A stretch of 64,000 nt of DNA from the human T2T-CHM13v2.0 reference genome, Homo sapiens: assembly GCF_009914755.1 (NCBI RefSeq), contig NC_060927.1. One strand, 5' to 3'. A program made the translations under genes and the position numbers. Positions 1 through 11,744 of this stretch are shown piece by piece. Positions within the stretch are counted from its first letter, which is position 1. Each line of letters begins with the position of its first letter. The notes beneath the pieces were generated by a model. It saw only the letters and a program-made list of their open reading frames with translations. It was not told the origin of the DNA and made no database searches.

Positions 1-289
1 GATTTTTCTGGTGACCAGCCCCCACCCAGGAGCCCACCAAGAATTGCCTCATTAGAAAAAAAGATGCTCCTATCACTGAGGAATTCCAAGGGATTTAGGA
101 ACTCTGTGTTGAATGCTCCTATCACTCAGGAAATAACAAAGGTCATAGGGGCTTTGTGTCAGGAACTGGTGCCAAGACCAAATATTAGAACAAAAGATTC
201 TCCTGGCACTCCTATCACTCAGTAAATTATAAGGAGTTTTGTGCAATGACTAGGAGAAGGGTCTAATACATATTTCTTATTATTTTACA
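1..289 (-). mobile_element. MER21-family LTR, 5' end, cut by the window edge
   Basis: Repeated 'ctcctatcactcagg...aattccaaggg' motif and a terminal 'tatttcttattattttaca' resemble the reverse complement of the MER21 LTR start (recalled consensus). Confidence 0.65.
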
Positions 290-2220
290 GACTTACTACT
301 GTCACTTTGTTAATTGTTTCATGGTTGTTTTGTAGATCCTTTGATCCTTTCTTCCTCTCTTGCTGCCTTCCTTTGTGATCAGGTGTCTTCCTCTAGTGGC
401 ATACATTGATTACATTGATTCCTTTTTTTTTTTTTTTTTTTTTTTCACTTTTGTGGCTCCACTATAGTATTTTGCTTTGTGTTTACCATGAGGCTTACAT
501 AAAGCAACTTATAAAAGCCTTTTTTCAAGCTGATAACAACTTAACTTTGATTGCAAAATAAACCTTTACAATTTTACTCCACTTCCCTATATTTTAAATT
601 TTTGATGTTACAGTTTACATCTTTTATATTGTGTATCCTTCAACAAATTACCATAGCTCTTATTATTTTAATAGTTTTATATTTTAACCTCCATACTAAA
701 GATAAAGGTGATTTACATACCACCATTATAGTATTAGAGTATTCTGAATTTGACTATGCACTTATTTTTACCAGTAAGTTTTATGCTTTCATATGTTTTC
801 TTGTATTAATTAGTGTTCTTTTAGCTCAGAGAACTCCCTTTAGCAGTTCTTGTAAGACACGCCTGGTGGTGATGAACTCCTTCAGCTTTTGTTTGCCTGG
901 AAAAGTCTTTATCTCTTCTTTATTTCAGAAGGACAGCTTTGCTGGTTTCAGGGGTTTTTTTGGCAATTTTTTTTTCCTTCAGTACTTTGAATATATCATC
1001 CCACTCTCTCTTCACCTATAAGGTTTCTGCTGAGAAACTGCAGCCTTTTTGGAACTCCATTTTATGTTATTTGCTTCTTTTCTCTTGCTGCTTTCAGGAC
1101 CCAACAGTTCAATTATAATATATCATCTGTCTTGTTTCAATTGAATCTTATTGGAAGCCTTTGACCTTCCTGTACCTGGATATTTATGTCTTTTCCCAGA
1201 TTTGAAAACTTTTCTATTATTTATTTTTAAACTTTGTGTTCCTTTGTCTTTTTCTTAACCCTCCTATAATTCAAATATTTGCTCTTTTGTTGTTGCTCCA
1301 CTAATCCCATAAGCTCTCTTCATTCCTTTTTATTATTTTTTTCTCCTCTGACTATATATTTTCAAATAACTTGTCTTCAAGTTCACAAATTTTTCTTCTG
1401 CTTGACCATTTCTGTTGTTGATGCCTTCTATTGCATTTTTCATTTCTTTCATTGTATTATACTTTTCAGCTCCAGAATTGTCTACTTTGTTTTCTTGTTT
1501 TTAAATAATTTCAATTTCTATTAAATTTCTCATTTTGGTCATTTATTATTCTCCTGATTTTGTTGAATTGTTTCTCTGCACTTAACTTCCTTCATACAAT
1601 TATTTGTACTTTTTTTTTCTCACTCTGTCACCCAGGCTGGAGCATGATTATGGCTCACTACAGCTTGAACTTCCCAGACGCAAGCAATACTTCTACCTCA
1701 GCCTCTCAAGAAGCTGGGACCATAGGCACACATCACCATGCCCAGCTAATTTTTAAATTTTTTTTGTAGAAATGGGGTCTTGCCTTGTTGCCCAGGCTGG
1801 TTATACAATTATTTGAATTCTTTGTTAGGCAGTTTATAAGTCTCTGTTTCTTTAGGGTTGGTCACTGGTGCATAATTTTATTCTTTGGTGGTGTCATGTT
1901 TCTTTGATTGTTCCTCATCCTTGTTGCCATGTGTTGGTGTCTGTGCGTTTGAAGAAATAGGGACTTATTCCAGTATTTGCAGACTTGCTTTGTTTGGGAA
2001 AGCCCTTTTTCAGTCAACCTGTCCAGAGATTCTGAGCAGGTCGTCTGATGTTGTCCATTAGCAGGCATGCTGTTGGAGTCTTCGGGCAGCCTGGCTTCAT
2101 ATCTCGGTCAGCAGGTGGTCAGCCTGGTACCCGAGTGTATGGAATTGAACCTGGAGCTTAAAACTACTGTAGTAGACCTGTTATTGGGTCTATAGGCATG
2201 GGCCTGGAGCATGGGTTGCA
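290..2220 (-). mobile_element. Old L1M LINE-1 fragment (ORF1/5' region), interrupted by an Alu
   Basis: T-rich antisense L1 signature, e.g. 'gatgaactccttcagcttttgtttgcctggaaaagtctttatctct' and 'aggtttctgctgagaaa'. Confidence 0.7.
1610..1801 (-). mobile_element. 5'-truncated AluJ-like SINE
   Basis: Diverged antisense Alu right arm plus linker, with TSD ATACAATTATTTG at 1594-1606 and 1803-1815. Confidence 0.85.
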
Positions 2221-3189
2221 AGGGTGGGTTGTTTTTCCTTTATGCAGTGCTTTTGGATGTAACTCTGTACTTTCTTAGGATTTCATCCCCCAAATTGTTA
2301 TCCTCGTAAATTATTCTCTGAGGGACCAGACTGATGTGATTAATATTTTCTATTATATGGTTGAAAGAGGCTTCTGATGGAATCTAACTGTGGCTTGCCA
2401 TCTATCCAAAGCAGCGCAATTGACCCAAGAGATTCAGCTGAGAAACCATCATTAGAATAGTAAGTTAGTTCAGTAAGGTCACAAAATTAATGTCAGTCAT
2501 TTTTATATAGAGGCAATTAGGAAATATAATGGAAACAGAAATTCTATCACTGTGAAAAAATAAATATAAAATGTCTAAAAGCTATAAAACTTGACAGGAC
2601 TGTAGAACTTAAAGAAAAACACTGAAGCTCTACAAGAAGACCTAATTAAGATTAATTTTTAATAAATAGCCAAATGGTGCTTCTAGTTGGGATAGCCCTG
2701 TGTAACCCAGTTGATCCCAAATCTCCTAGATTTATAGGCTCAGTTGTTTTTGATAACTGAATAAGGTGAACCTGTTCCATGTATTATGGGAAGTCTGTCA
2801 CTTTTTCAAAAATCTTTAAGAATTTCCAGAGACTACTGAAGGGCTTATAATCCCCTTGATCAATATATTAAACCACAACTGTTTCTCTCTTCTCTTGTTA
2901 TTGATCATTTATTTATTCATTCATTCATTGTTTATTTACTAAGCATTTATTGAATGCCTACCACATTCTAAACGCTCCATAGATACCCACTAACCATTGC
3001 TGTGGCTCCTAAGGCTGCTGCCTCTGACTGCTTGTGGGTCGCCCTTGACTTGAAACATGGTCTCTTCTCTTTCATTGCCCCTGTCAAGCATCACTAATAC
3101 AAGGCTGTTTTGTGTCAGACTTTTACTGAGGTTTTGACAATACTGGTTGTGGATGAGCATTGTGGAAAAGGAACACAGATGTAGCATAT

Positions 3190-3552
3190 TGATACAGTTT
3201 GGCTGTGTTCCCACCCAAATCTCATCTTAAATTGTAGCTCCTATAATTCCCACATGTTGTGGGAAGGGGGACTCAGTGGAAGATAATTGAATCATGGGGG
3301 TGGTTTTCCCTATACTGTTCTCATGGTAGTGAATAAGTGTCATGAGATCCGATGGTTTTATAAGGGGAAATCCCTTTTGCTTGGCTCTTTTCTCTCTTGC
3401 CCGCTGCCATGTAAGATGTGCTTTTTGCCTTCCACCATGATTGTGAGTCCTCCCCAGCCGTGTGGAACGTGAGTCCATTAAACGTCTTTTTCTTTATAAA
3501 TTACCCAGTCTTGGGTATGTCTTTATCAGCAACATGAAAGCAGACTAATACA
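3190..3552 (+). mobile_element. THE1 (MaLR) solo LTR
   Basis: Starts 'tgatacagtttggctgtgttcccacccaaatctcatct' and ends 'cagactaataca'. About 360 bp with TG...CA termini. Confidence 0.92.
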
Positions 3553-3804
3553 TATATAGTGTATATGTGCATAAAACAAGAAGCAATGAAAAATTAAATA
3601 TTAGACATCTTAACATTCATGGGGCATCTCCTGTGGGGAATTTCTCACTTTATCCTTCATCCTTAGGTCCCACCTGCTACCATCTTTTGGAGTTGCCTCT
3701 CCTGTCTCAATATTTCTTGTGTATCGTCTCCTCAGCCTCTCTAATTTCTAGACCCTTTAACTCCTTTTTCCTAGCCATAGCCTCTGGAAACTCAAACCTC
3801 CTAA

Positions 3805-4107
3805 TTTTTTTTTTTTTTTTTTTTGAGTTGGAGTCCTGCTCTGCCGCCTAGGCTGGAGTGCAATGGCGTGCAATCTTGGCTCACTGCAATCTCCACTTCC
3901 TGGGTTCAAGCAATTCTCCTGCCTCAGCCTCCTGAGTAGCTGGGACTACAGGTGCGTGCCACCATGCCCGGCTAATTTTTTGTATTTTTAGTAGAGAGAG
4001 GGTTTCATCGTGTTAGCCAGGATGGTCTCGATCTCCTGACCTCGTGATCCACCCACCTTGGCCTCCCAAAGTGCTGGGATTACAGGCATAAGCCACCGCG
4101 CCCAGCC
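3805..4107 (-). mobile_element. Alu (AluSc-like)
   Basis: Poly-T followed by a full antisense Alu dimer ending 'gccaccgcgcccagcc'. Confidence 0.95.
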
Positions 4108-4609
4108 CCTAATTAATTTTTGTGTAATGTAGAGCACTTTATCTTTCTTTTTCTTCCTCATACAAATCACACTGGTGGTGGGGGACGAATTTGCCTAGCC
4201 AAAAAAGTCATTGAGCTGTTGTACCCCCCTCCCCCAAAGAAGAACACTTCCCAGCCCCTGAAAGGAATTCTTCTGATTTCCAGAGCAATACGTTTTGGAA
4301 TACTTATGTTCTTCCTCACCCTAGCTGGATTTTGATGAGATCAAGTCAGTCTCTCCCAAATTAATAAAGCAAATAGAAGGTAATTCTGACTATAATCCCA
4401 ATGTACCTTTTCTGGATTTTAATAAAGTGATCTTAAAGTCAATTTTGGAGGGGGGTAAAAAAAAAGCAATCTCAAGTAACAAGTCTTTTTAAAAAGAGTA
4501 ATAATATAGAACTCACTGTACAAGTGGTTTAATTTAAACACTTATTGTTCTAGTTGAAGAATGAGCAAACAGAAAAATATAAAACTTAATACAAAGTCCA
4601 GAAACAGAT

Positions 4610-5483
4610 TGTTGATGAAAAAACCAAACTCCATAAAATATTTGAAGAGATTTCTTCTGAGCCAAATGTGAGGACCAAGACCTGCGACACAGTCTCAGGA
4701 GGTCCTTAGAACATGTGCCCAAGATGGTTGGGTTACAACCTCGTTTTATAAGTTTTATAAGACATCAGTCAATACATGTGAGGTATACATTGTTTTGGTC
4801 TAGAAAGGTGAGACAACTCAAAGCAAGGGCTTACAGGTCATAGGTGTATTCAAAGATTTTCTGGTTGGCAGTTTGTTGAAGGAGTTATTAATATTATTTG
4901 AAGACCTGGAATCAATAGAAAGGAGTGTCTGGGTTAAGATAATTGGTGGTGGAAACCAAGATTCTCATTATGCACATAAAATGGCTGCCCTTAGAGGTAA
5001 TAGATTGCAAATGTTTCCTGTTCAGTCATTTAAAAGGTGCTAGACTCTCAGCTAATCTTTCCAGGATCAGAAAAAGACCTGGAAAGGCAAGGGAATTCTC
5101 TGCAGTATGTAAATTTCCTCTACAAGAGATAGCTTTGCAGGACCATTTAAAATATGTCAAAGAAATATATTTTTGGGTAAAATACTTTGATATTTTTCAG
5201 GGCCTGCTATCTGTCATGTGATGCTAAACTAGAGTCAGGTTGGAATTTGGTATCTTGTTACTACAAACAATCTGTTCTGTGAGTTCTAAGATCACTGTTT
5301 TAATGTTAATGCTGGTCCGTTTTGCTTCAAATCCAAAGGGAAGAAAGTATAATAAGGCATGTCTGGCCCCCACTTCCCATCATGGCCTGAGCTAGTTTTT
5401 CAGGTTTCTTTGGAATTCCCTTGGCTGAGAGGAGGGAGCCATTCAGTCAGTTGGGGTGCTTAGAATTTTATTTTTGGTTTATA
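4610..5483 (-). mobile_element. MER4-group (ERV1) solo LTR
   Basis: 'gaacatgtgcccaagatggttggg' and the terminal 'tagaattttatttttggttta' match the reverse complement of the MER4 LTR start. About 870 bp. Confidence 0.85.
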
Positions 5484-5541
5484 ATATCTAAGAATAGGAA
5501 AATATTTAGAATATAATAAATGAAATAAAAAATACTGGAAG

Positions 5542-5898
5542 TGTATTAGTTTGTTTTCACACTACTAATAAAGACATACCCGCGACTGGGAAATTTACAA
5601 AAGAAAGAGGTTTAATGGACTTACAGTTCCACATGGCTGGGGAGGCCTCACAATCATGGTGGGAGGCAAGGGAGGAGCAAGTCACATCTTATGTGGATGG
5701 TGGCAGGCAAAGAGAGAGAGCTTGTGCAGGGAAACTCCCATTTTTAAAACCATCAGATCTTGTGAGATTTATTCACTATCATGAGAACAGCACGGGAAAG
5801 ACCCACCCCCGTGATTCAATTACCTGCCACCAGGTCCTTCCCACAACATGTGGGAATTCAAGATGAGATTTGGGTGGGGACATGGCCAAACTATATCA
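5542..5898 (-). mobile_element. THE1 (MaLR) solo LTR
   Basis: 'tgtattagt...ccaaactatatca' with a perfect 5-bp TSD GGAAG at 5537-5541 and 5899-5903. Confidence 0.93.
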
Positions 5899-5952
5899 GG
5901 AAGAAAATATGCGCAAGTATTTATATAATCTTGGACTAAGGAAGGCCTTTCT

Positions 5953-6255
5953 TTTTTTTTTTTTTTTTTTTTTTTGAGACAGAGTCTCGCTGTCGCCCAG
6001 GCTGGAGTGCAGTGGCGCAATCTCGGCTCACTGCAGGCTCCGCCCCCTGGGGTTCACGCCATTCTCCTGCCTCAGCCTCCCAAGTAGCTGGGACTACAGG
6101 CGCCCACCACCTCGCCCGGCTAATTTTTTGTATTTTTAGTAGAGACGGGGTTTCACCGTGTTAGCCAGGATGGTCTCGATCTCCTGACCTCGTGATCCGC
6201 CCGCCTCGGCCTCCCAAAGTGCTGGGATTACAGGCGTGAGCCACCGCGCCCGGCC
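5953..6255 (-). mobile_element. Young AluY (AluYe5-like diagnostics)
   Basis: CpG-rich full Alu with a 16-bp TSD TAAGGAAGGCCTTTCT at 5937-5952 and 6256-6271. The sense strand reads 'gggcgaggtgg', 'ggagcctgcag' and 'gacagcgagact'. Confidence 0.93.
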
Positions 6256-6344
6256 TAAGGAAGGCCTTTCTAACCATGGTAGAGTGTCTGTGAGGTAGGT
6301 AGAATTCTTATTAAAAAAAACACTTGAAAACCTAGAATGTTATA

Positions 6345-6965
<621 letters not shown>

Positions 6966-8036
6966 TTAAAGATAGATAGATAGTTCTACTTGGGATGTCA
7001 TGAGAAAACAAAAAACCTGGCATGCTAGTAGAGAATTGTTAAAGAATGTAAATTTTAAAAATTTTATATACAAATGACCAATAAACATAAAATGCAAATT
7101 AAAACATTGAGACCGAATATTTGCCTCTCGGCAGAGATGAAATTATTAATTTCTTCCTTGGGTAGAGTGTAGTCTAATGATTATTCTAATATACTAGTAT
7201 TGGTGAGGAGCAATTTGGTAATATATTTATTTCAAAAAGCCTTAATTTATGTCCTTCCATAATGTGTTTCCATTTCTAGGAATTTATCTTAAAGAAACAC
7301 ATTTGCCATGTAAAATAAAATTGTAAAGTAATAGTAATAACACAAAGCTATTTCTGCTGCTAAGGAGAAAAATTAAATTAAAAATTAAATATAAAATGAA
7401 ACAGACCAATAGAAGTGCACATTCAAAAGGCTAAAGAGATACACTCTAAAATGTGAGCAGTAATCACCTCTTATTTGTGGGATTATGGATAATATATATT
7501 TTCTTGTTTATTTTTATCTGTATTTTCTGTTTACTTTTTCTAAATAATCCATACCAGAAGTATCCTTGTAATCAGAAAATAATAGAAAAGTTATTTAAAA
7601 TAATACAGTTTCAAGTGTGGCGAAGCTTTCTGGCTTGTTTTTTGTTTGTTTTATTTGGGTGTTTGCTTGTTTTGTGAGCACCTTAGCAGAAATGTGATGA
7701 GAAAATAAATTTTTTGTTTCTCCTGTGATTACAGAGATTCATGAGAGATTCATAAAAAGTCTTCAATTCTGAACCCAGATTCTCACTAGCTACCCCTATG
7801 AGCTTCCTTCAGTGGGGTGTATAGTTTCAGGGTTCGACCAGTTGATTAGTTGGTAATTTTATAACATACACCATTGTAAATTAAACTGTGGTGTATTTAT
7901 CCCAAGATTTTTTCTCTTTGAAATTGGGTAAGTTAGGCATTATAACCAAGATCCTATTGAGTGGAGTTATTTCTGATTTTTAAATTATGTTCCTCAGATG
8001 TAACAATTTTCTTCTCCCAATTTCCTAGACAGAATC

Positions 8037-8078
8037 ATGAATAAACTGGAGGATAAGCAGGACCAGATGATACCATGA
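8037..8078 (+). promoter_or_regulatory. Upstream ORF MNKLEDKQDQMIP*, with its stop overlapping the main ATG
   Basis: ATG at 8037 (A at -3), in-frame ATG at 8067 and TGA at 8076-8078 within 'ccATGA'. Read directly from the sequence; translation is not shown. Confidence 0.6.
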
Positions 8079-8114
8079 AGAGAAGTTTACAGGCCCTCTA
8101 TTGCCAACTGTTAA
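8075..8114 (+). CDS. TMEM108: First coding segment of transmembrane protein 108 (retrolinkin), [13 protein letters not shown] plus 1 nt (phase-1 intron), start of the signal peptide
   Basis: ACCATG Kozak context. The translation matches the recalled human TMEM108 N-terminus ([28 protein letters not shown]...), and the trailing A fits a split Ser codon. Confidence 0.9.
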
Positions 8115-8276
8115 GTAAGTTGACACTGTATTTCTTCTTTCCTAAAATATACTAATGTTATTATTTGCTGGGTACCCACAACTTACTTTTTGGACGGAGA
8201 CCAGGGTTGGATCGGTGAAAGAGGACAGTAAAGTTTCACTCTGCTTCATCTAGATGAAGTATCAAGCGTTAAGTCA

Positions 8277-8336
8277 TTCTAAGATCTCTGTTTTAATGTT
8301 AATGCTGGTCAGTTTTTCCTAAATTCCAAAGGGAAG
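8277..8336 (-). repeat. Isolated 60-bp MER4 LTR fragment
   Basis: 54 of 60 bases identical, ungapped, to 5284-5343 inside the MER4 LTR. Confidence 0.8.
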
Positions 8337-10035
8337 TTTTAACATCAGTTATAGTTACAACTTGGACATCAGTTATAATTTAAACTCCATTATAATAATT
8401 CTAAATTGATGTATTAAGCATAGTTAATTTGGGAATGAGTGTCCAAAAACATTATTGCCTTTAGTTTAGTATTCTTCCAGGATGACCTGCTGTAGATTCC
8501 TCATGAAGAGGAAATGGTAGGTTGTATTTTCTGTATTTTAACACATAGAACCTGTTGCCATACAGCCTTTGGCTTAAAATGTTATGCATAGTTATACATG
8601 GTTCTCAAATAACAAGTGGTGAAAATGTGACTTCTTGGTTTTGTGGTGGAATAAAGAGTGTTCAATTATGACTTTCTTTTTGCACATCACTCATGTGTTT
8701 TGGGTATAGTGCCACAAAGCACCAATTGCCATGTAGTGATTGTACTTTCTTTGGGATTAGAATTGCTACTGAATGAATGTAAAAGCCAAAACCAATTGGT
8801 GGGTTTGATGTTCCAGTTAACCCACTTAAGACAATAGGCATTACCCGCTCCAGGTCAAACCAAAGCCAGTGAGTTGGAAAATTGGGAGTTATTGTTTGTC
8901 TTGTTCTTGCTAAGGTAAATGAAGTACCTATCTTTCCTAGGCTGAGTGGCTCCTTGTTAACTTTTGTTGAGAGAATAAAATGAAAAGATATTGAGATGCA
9001 AATCACCAGTCAGTCAGCCCTTAGAATTTAGTAATTCAGCTTATGTTGTACCCCCAGTGCAAAGCACTTCATCTACAGACAGCATTCTGGCCGGGCGTTT
9101 TAATTGACTCATTTCTTCTGCTGAATTCTAATCCCTAAAACACATATCACGTCAGCCTGTTTCAGCCTGGTGGAAAGTCGCCAAGTGTTATAGGGACTTT
9201 CTCATGTTCCTTTTCCATGTGTTCTATGGGACTGCCAGTTTGTTGCTTTTTAAAAAATGATAAGCTTGTTTGTTAAAGAATAGGCTTTAAAGATTAAAGA
9301 AGCAATGTCATCAAGGAATGATTAACTCTGCCTTGATGGGAGAGGAGACATATGAAGGATAAATAGGATTTTACATACACACATACACACATACCCCTCA
9401 GAGAAGGGTAGGAAGGCTTTGTAGCCAGAAAAACAGGAAATAAAGAACAACAGAGTAGATTTTGGAACAGCAAAATGTTTGTTGAGTTCACCTATGCCGA
9501 TTGTATGCCCCAAAGTTTGCATAATACTTTAGGGTCGTATGTTATTTGAAAGGCATCAGTAAATTATCCTGCAGTCCAGAGAGACAAGACTTATCCTATG
9601 ACGAGGTCCATCCTCTTATATTGAGCAACTCTGAATGCTGAAGGGGGTTCAAACATCATCTGGCTAGCTACAGAAAACGACTGTGTCTTAACACCTTGCT
9701 GTTTGCAAAGCTTGCTGGGAAATGCAAACAGTCCAGAATATGTAGTTTCCTGCTGGTTAGGAGGTAGGTAGTGGCCCTCACTAAACCACCCTGATTACTG
9801 ACATGCATATACACACAATAGCTCCTATATGTCACTGGTCAGCCAGTTATTAAGTTATGTGTATGTTAACATTGTCCACAAACAGAATGTTTTTAAGACA
9901 TTTAGTCTGTGTCTAAAATAGACTTGAGAACTAGCATCAACACACACAATATGTTATTTTATATAACTCATATATTTTATATAACTCATGATAAAAATAT
10001 ATATATTTTTAATTTGGATAAAAAATCATGATTGA

Positions 10036-10490
10036 GTATTCTGGTTTTTCATTATTACATAACAAACTAGTCTAAAACCTTGTGGCTTAAAGCAAATAAC
10101 AGTTATTTATTTCGTTCATGAATCTGTAATTTGAGCAGGGCTTAGCAGAACCTACTGTCTCCACTGCAGAGTGTTTGGGACCTAGGCTGGAATGACTCTA
10201 ATGGCTGAGGGCTCCCTGAGGTCATCTCACATGGAAAGTTTGGGCTCCCCCACAACATGGTGGCTTCAGATTGGTCAGAATTCTTATAAGGCAGCTACCA
10301 GTATGAGGCTTGGGCAAGGCTTAGAAGATTTATTATGAATTAATCTTGAAAGTCCCAGAATAATACGCATGCCACATTGTACTATCTGAGGAAGTAAGAC
10401 CAACAGTAACTCAGGGGAAGAGGAATTAGGCTTCACTTCTCAAAGAAAAGAGGAGCAACAGCTTATAACAGTTATCTTTAGTCTGCTACA
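10036..10490 (-). mobile_element. Old MLT1 (MaLR) LTR
   Basis: 'cataacaaac...aaaccttgtggcttaaagcaa...catgaatctgtaatttgagcagggcttagc...gtctgctaca'. Confidence 0.65.
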
Positions 10491-10900
10491 GAGAATATCT
10501 ATTTGTTTAAAAAAACAAAAACAATTACTAGTGGACATTAGCCAGTTCATAAGTCATTATTAATATAGAAGCTATACCCTCCTTTGTGCCTACTATGTTC
10601 ACAAGGATTTGCTGACAGTTTACCTAAGTCTCCTCAATTATTCCAGAGGCAGATGCTTCAAGATGAAGAAGCATTACAGATGGATAAGCAAGGACTGGCC
10701 CAGGGTGCTCAGTGAGTTCAGTTCACAGCCATGTCTCTCTGACCCCTGCATATGTGCCCTTTTCTTCATTCTGCCATGGTGCCCTACCACACACAGGAAA
10801 AATCAGCAGTGTGGTCCCTCTGCTGCCCTTATAGCTAAGATAGGGAGAGTTCTAGCCCATAAGCAGTAAAGTTTGCATCTTGCGAGTGATGTTAGATGAG

Positions 10901-11340
10901 TGCTGGGGTTTGGATATCTGATCCCTCCAAGTCTAATGTTGAAATTTTATCCCGTTTTGGAGGTGGGGCTAAATGAGAGGGGTTTGGGTCATGGAGGTGG
11001 ATCTCTCATTAATAGATTAGTGCTCTCTCTGGGAGAAGGAAAGTGAACAAGTTCTAGCTCTTTTGTTACCTTGAGAGATGCCCCAAGAGCTGGTTGTTTG
11101 AAAGAATCTGGCACCTCCCTCTACCTTGCATCCACTCACTCACCATGTGATCTCTGCACATATTGGCTCCCCTTTACCTTCCACCACCAGTGGAAGCAGC
11201 TTGAGGCCCTTATCAGATGCAGATGCTGGTGCCGTGCTTCTTGTTTAGCCTGCAGAACTGTGAGCCAAATAAACCTCTTTTCTTTATGAATTACACAGCC
11301 TCAGGTATTTCTTTATAGCAACACTAAACAGACTAACACA
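10901..11340 (+). mobile_element. MST-family (MaLR) solo LTR
   Basis: 'tgctggggtttggatat...ggaggtgggg...ctgcagaactgtgagccaaataaacctcttttctttat...cagactaacaca'. Confidence 0.85.
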
Positions 11341-11744
11341 GTAAGACCAAAATAAAAAGATGTTCTTTAGATCACTGAATCATAATCAATAGTCACTGAG
11401 GCTTGTATGTGCCCAGCTGGGGCTAAGGGATGCAGTCTTTGGCAGGCAATGCTATTGAGGTTTTAATTGTTTACTTTTGTTACAACTGACTATCTCTGCC
11501 TTTGTTTTTATTTCCTGAGCTCTACTCCACAATGTGGTACTGAGTGTTTCATCCCACTGGCTTTAGCCCTTTCAGAAGGTTTAACACATTTTACATGATA
11601 TCTTGGAAAAGCTGAAAGCTTGAGTATGAGGGTGGTGATGAGAGCCTTTATGGTTATATAAAAACCAGATACTGTCATTCATTTTTCTTTCTGAGACCTA
11701 AATAATCAATTAGATGTTAAAGCTAGTCCTAAGAATACTTGTGT

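Larger units (their letters stand above)
8029..8114 (+). other. TMEM108: TMEM108 internal exon: 46 nt of 5'UTR plus 40 nt of CDS
   Basis: Pyrimidine-rich acceptor 'ttttcttctcccaatttcctAG' (AG 8027-8028) and donor GTAAGT at 8115-8120, flanking an exon that contains the recognised start codon. Confidence 0.9.

Noticed and set aside
60-235. Thrice-repeated 'ctcctatcact' motif resembling a spaced repeat array
   Set aside because: Internal repeats of a MER21-type LTR with irregular spacing. Not CRISPR-like.
551-1524. 156-aa and 81-aa hydrophobic ORFs that look like membrane proteins
   Set aside because: They are the T-rich antisense strand of an old L1. The Phe/Leu/Ile richness is compositional.
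9955-9990. Short tandem duplication TATTTTATATAACTCA x2 (similar small ones near 401-420, 17825-17848 and 57685-57723)
   Set aside because: Common slippage events in AT-rich DNA, with no sign of function.
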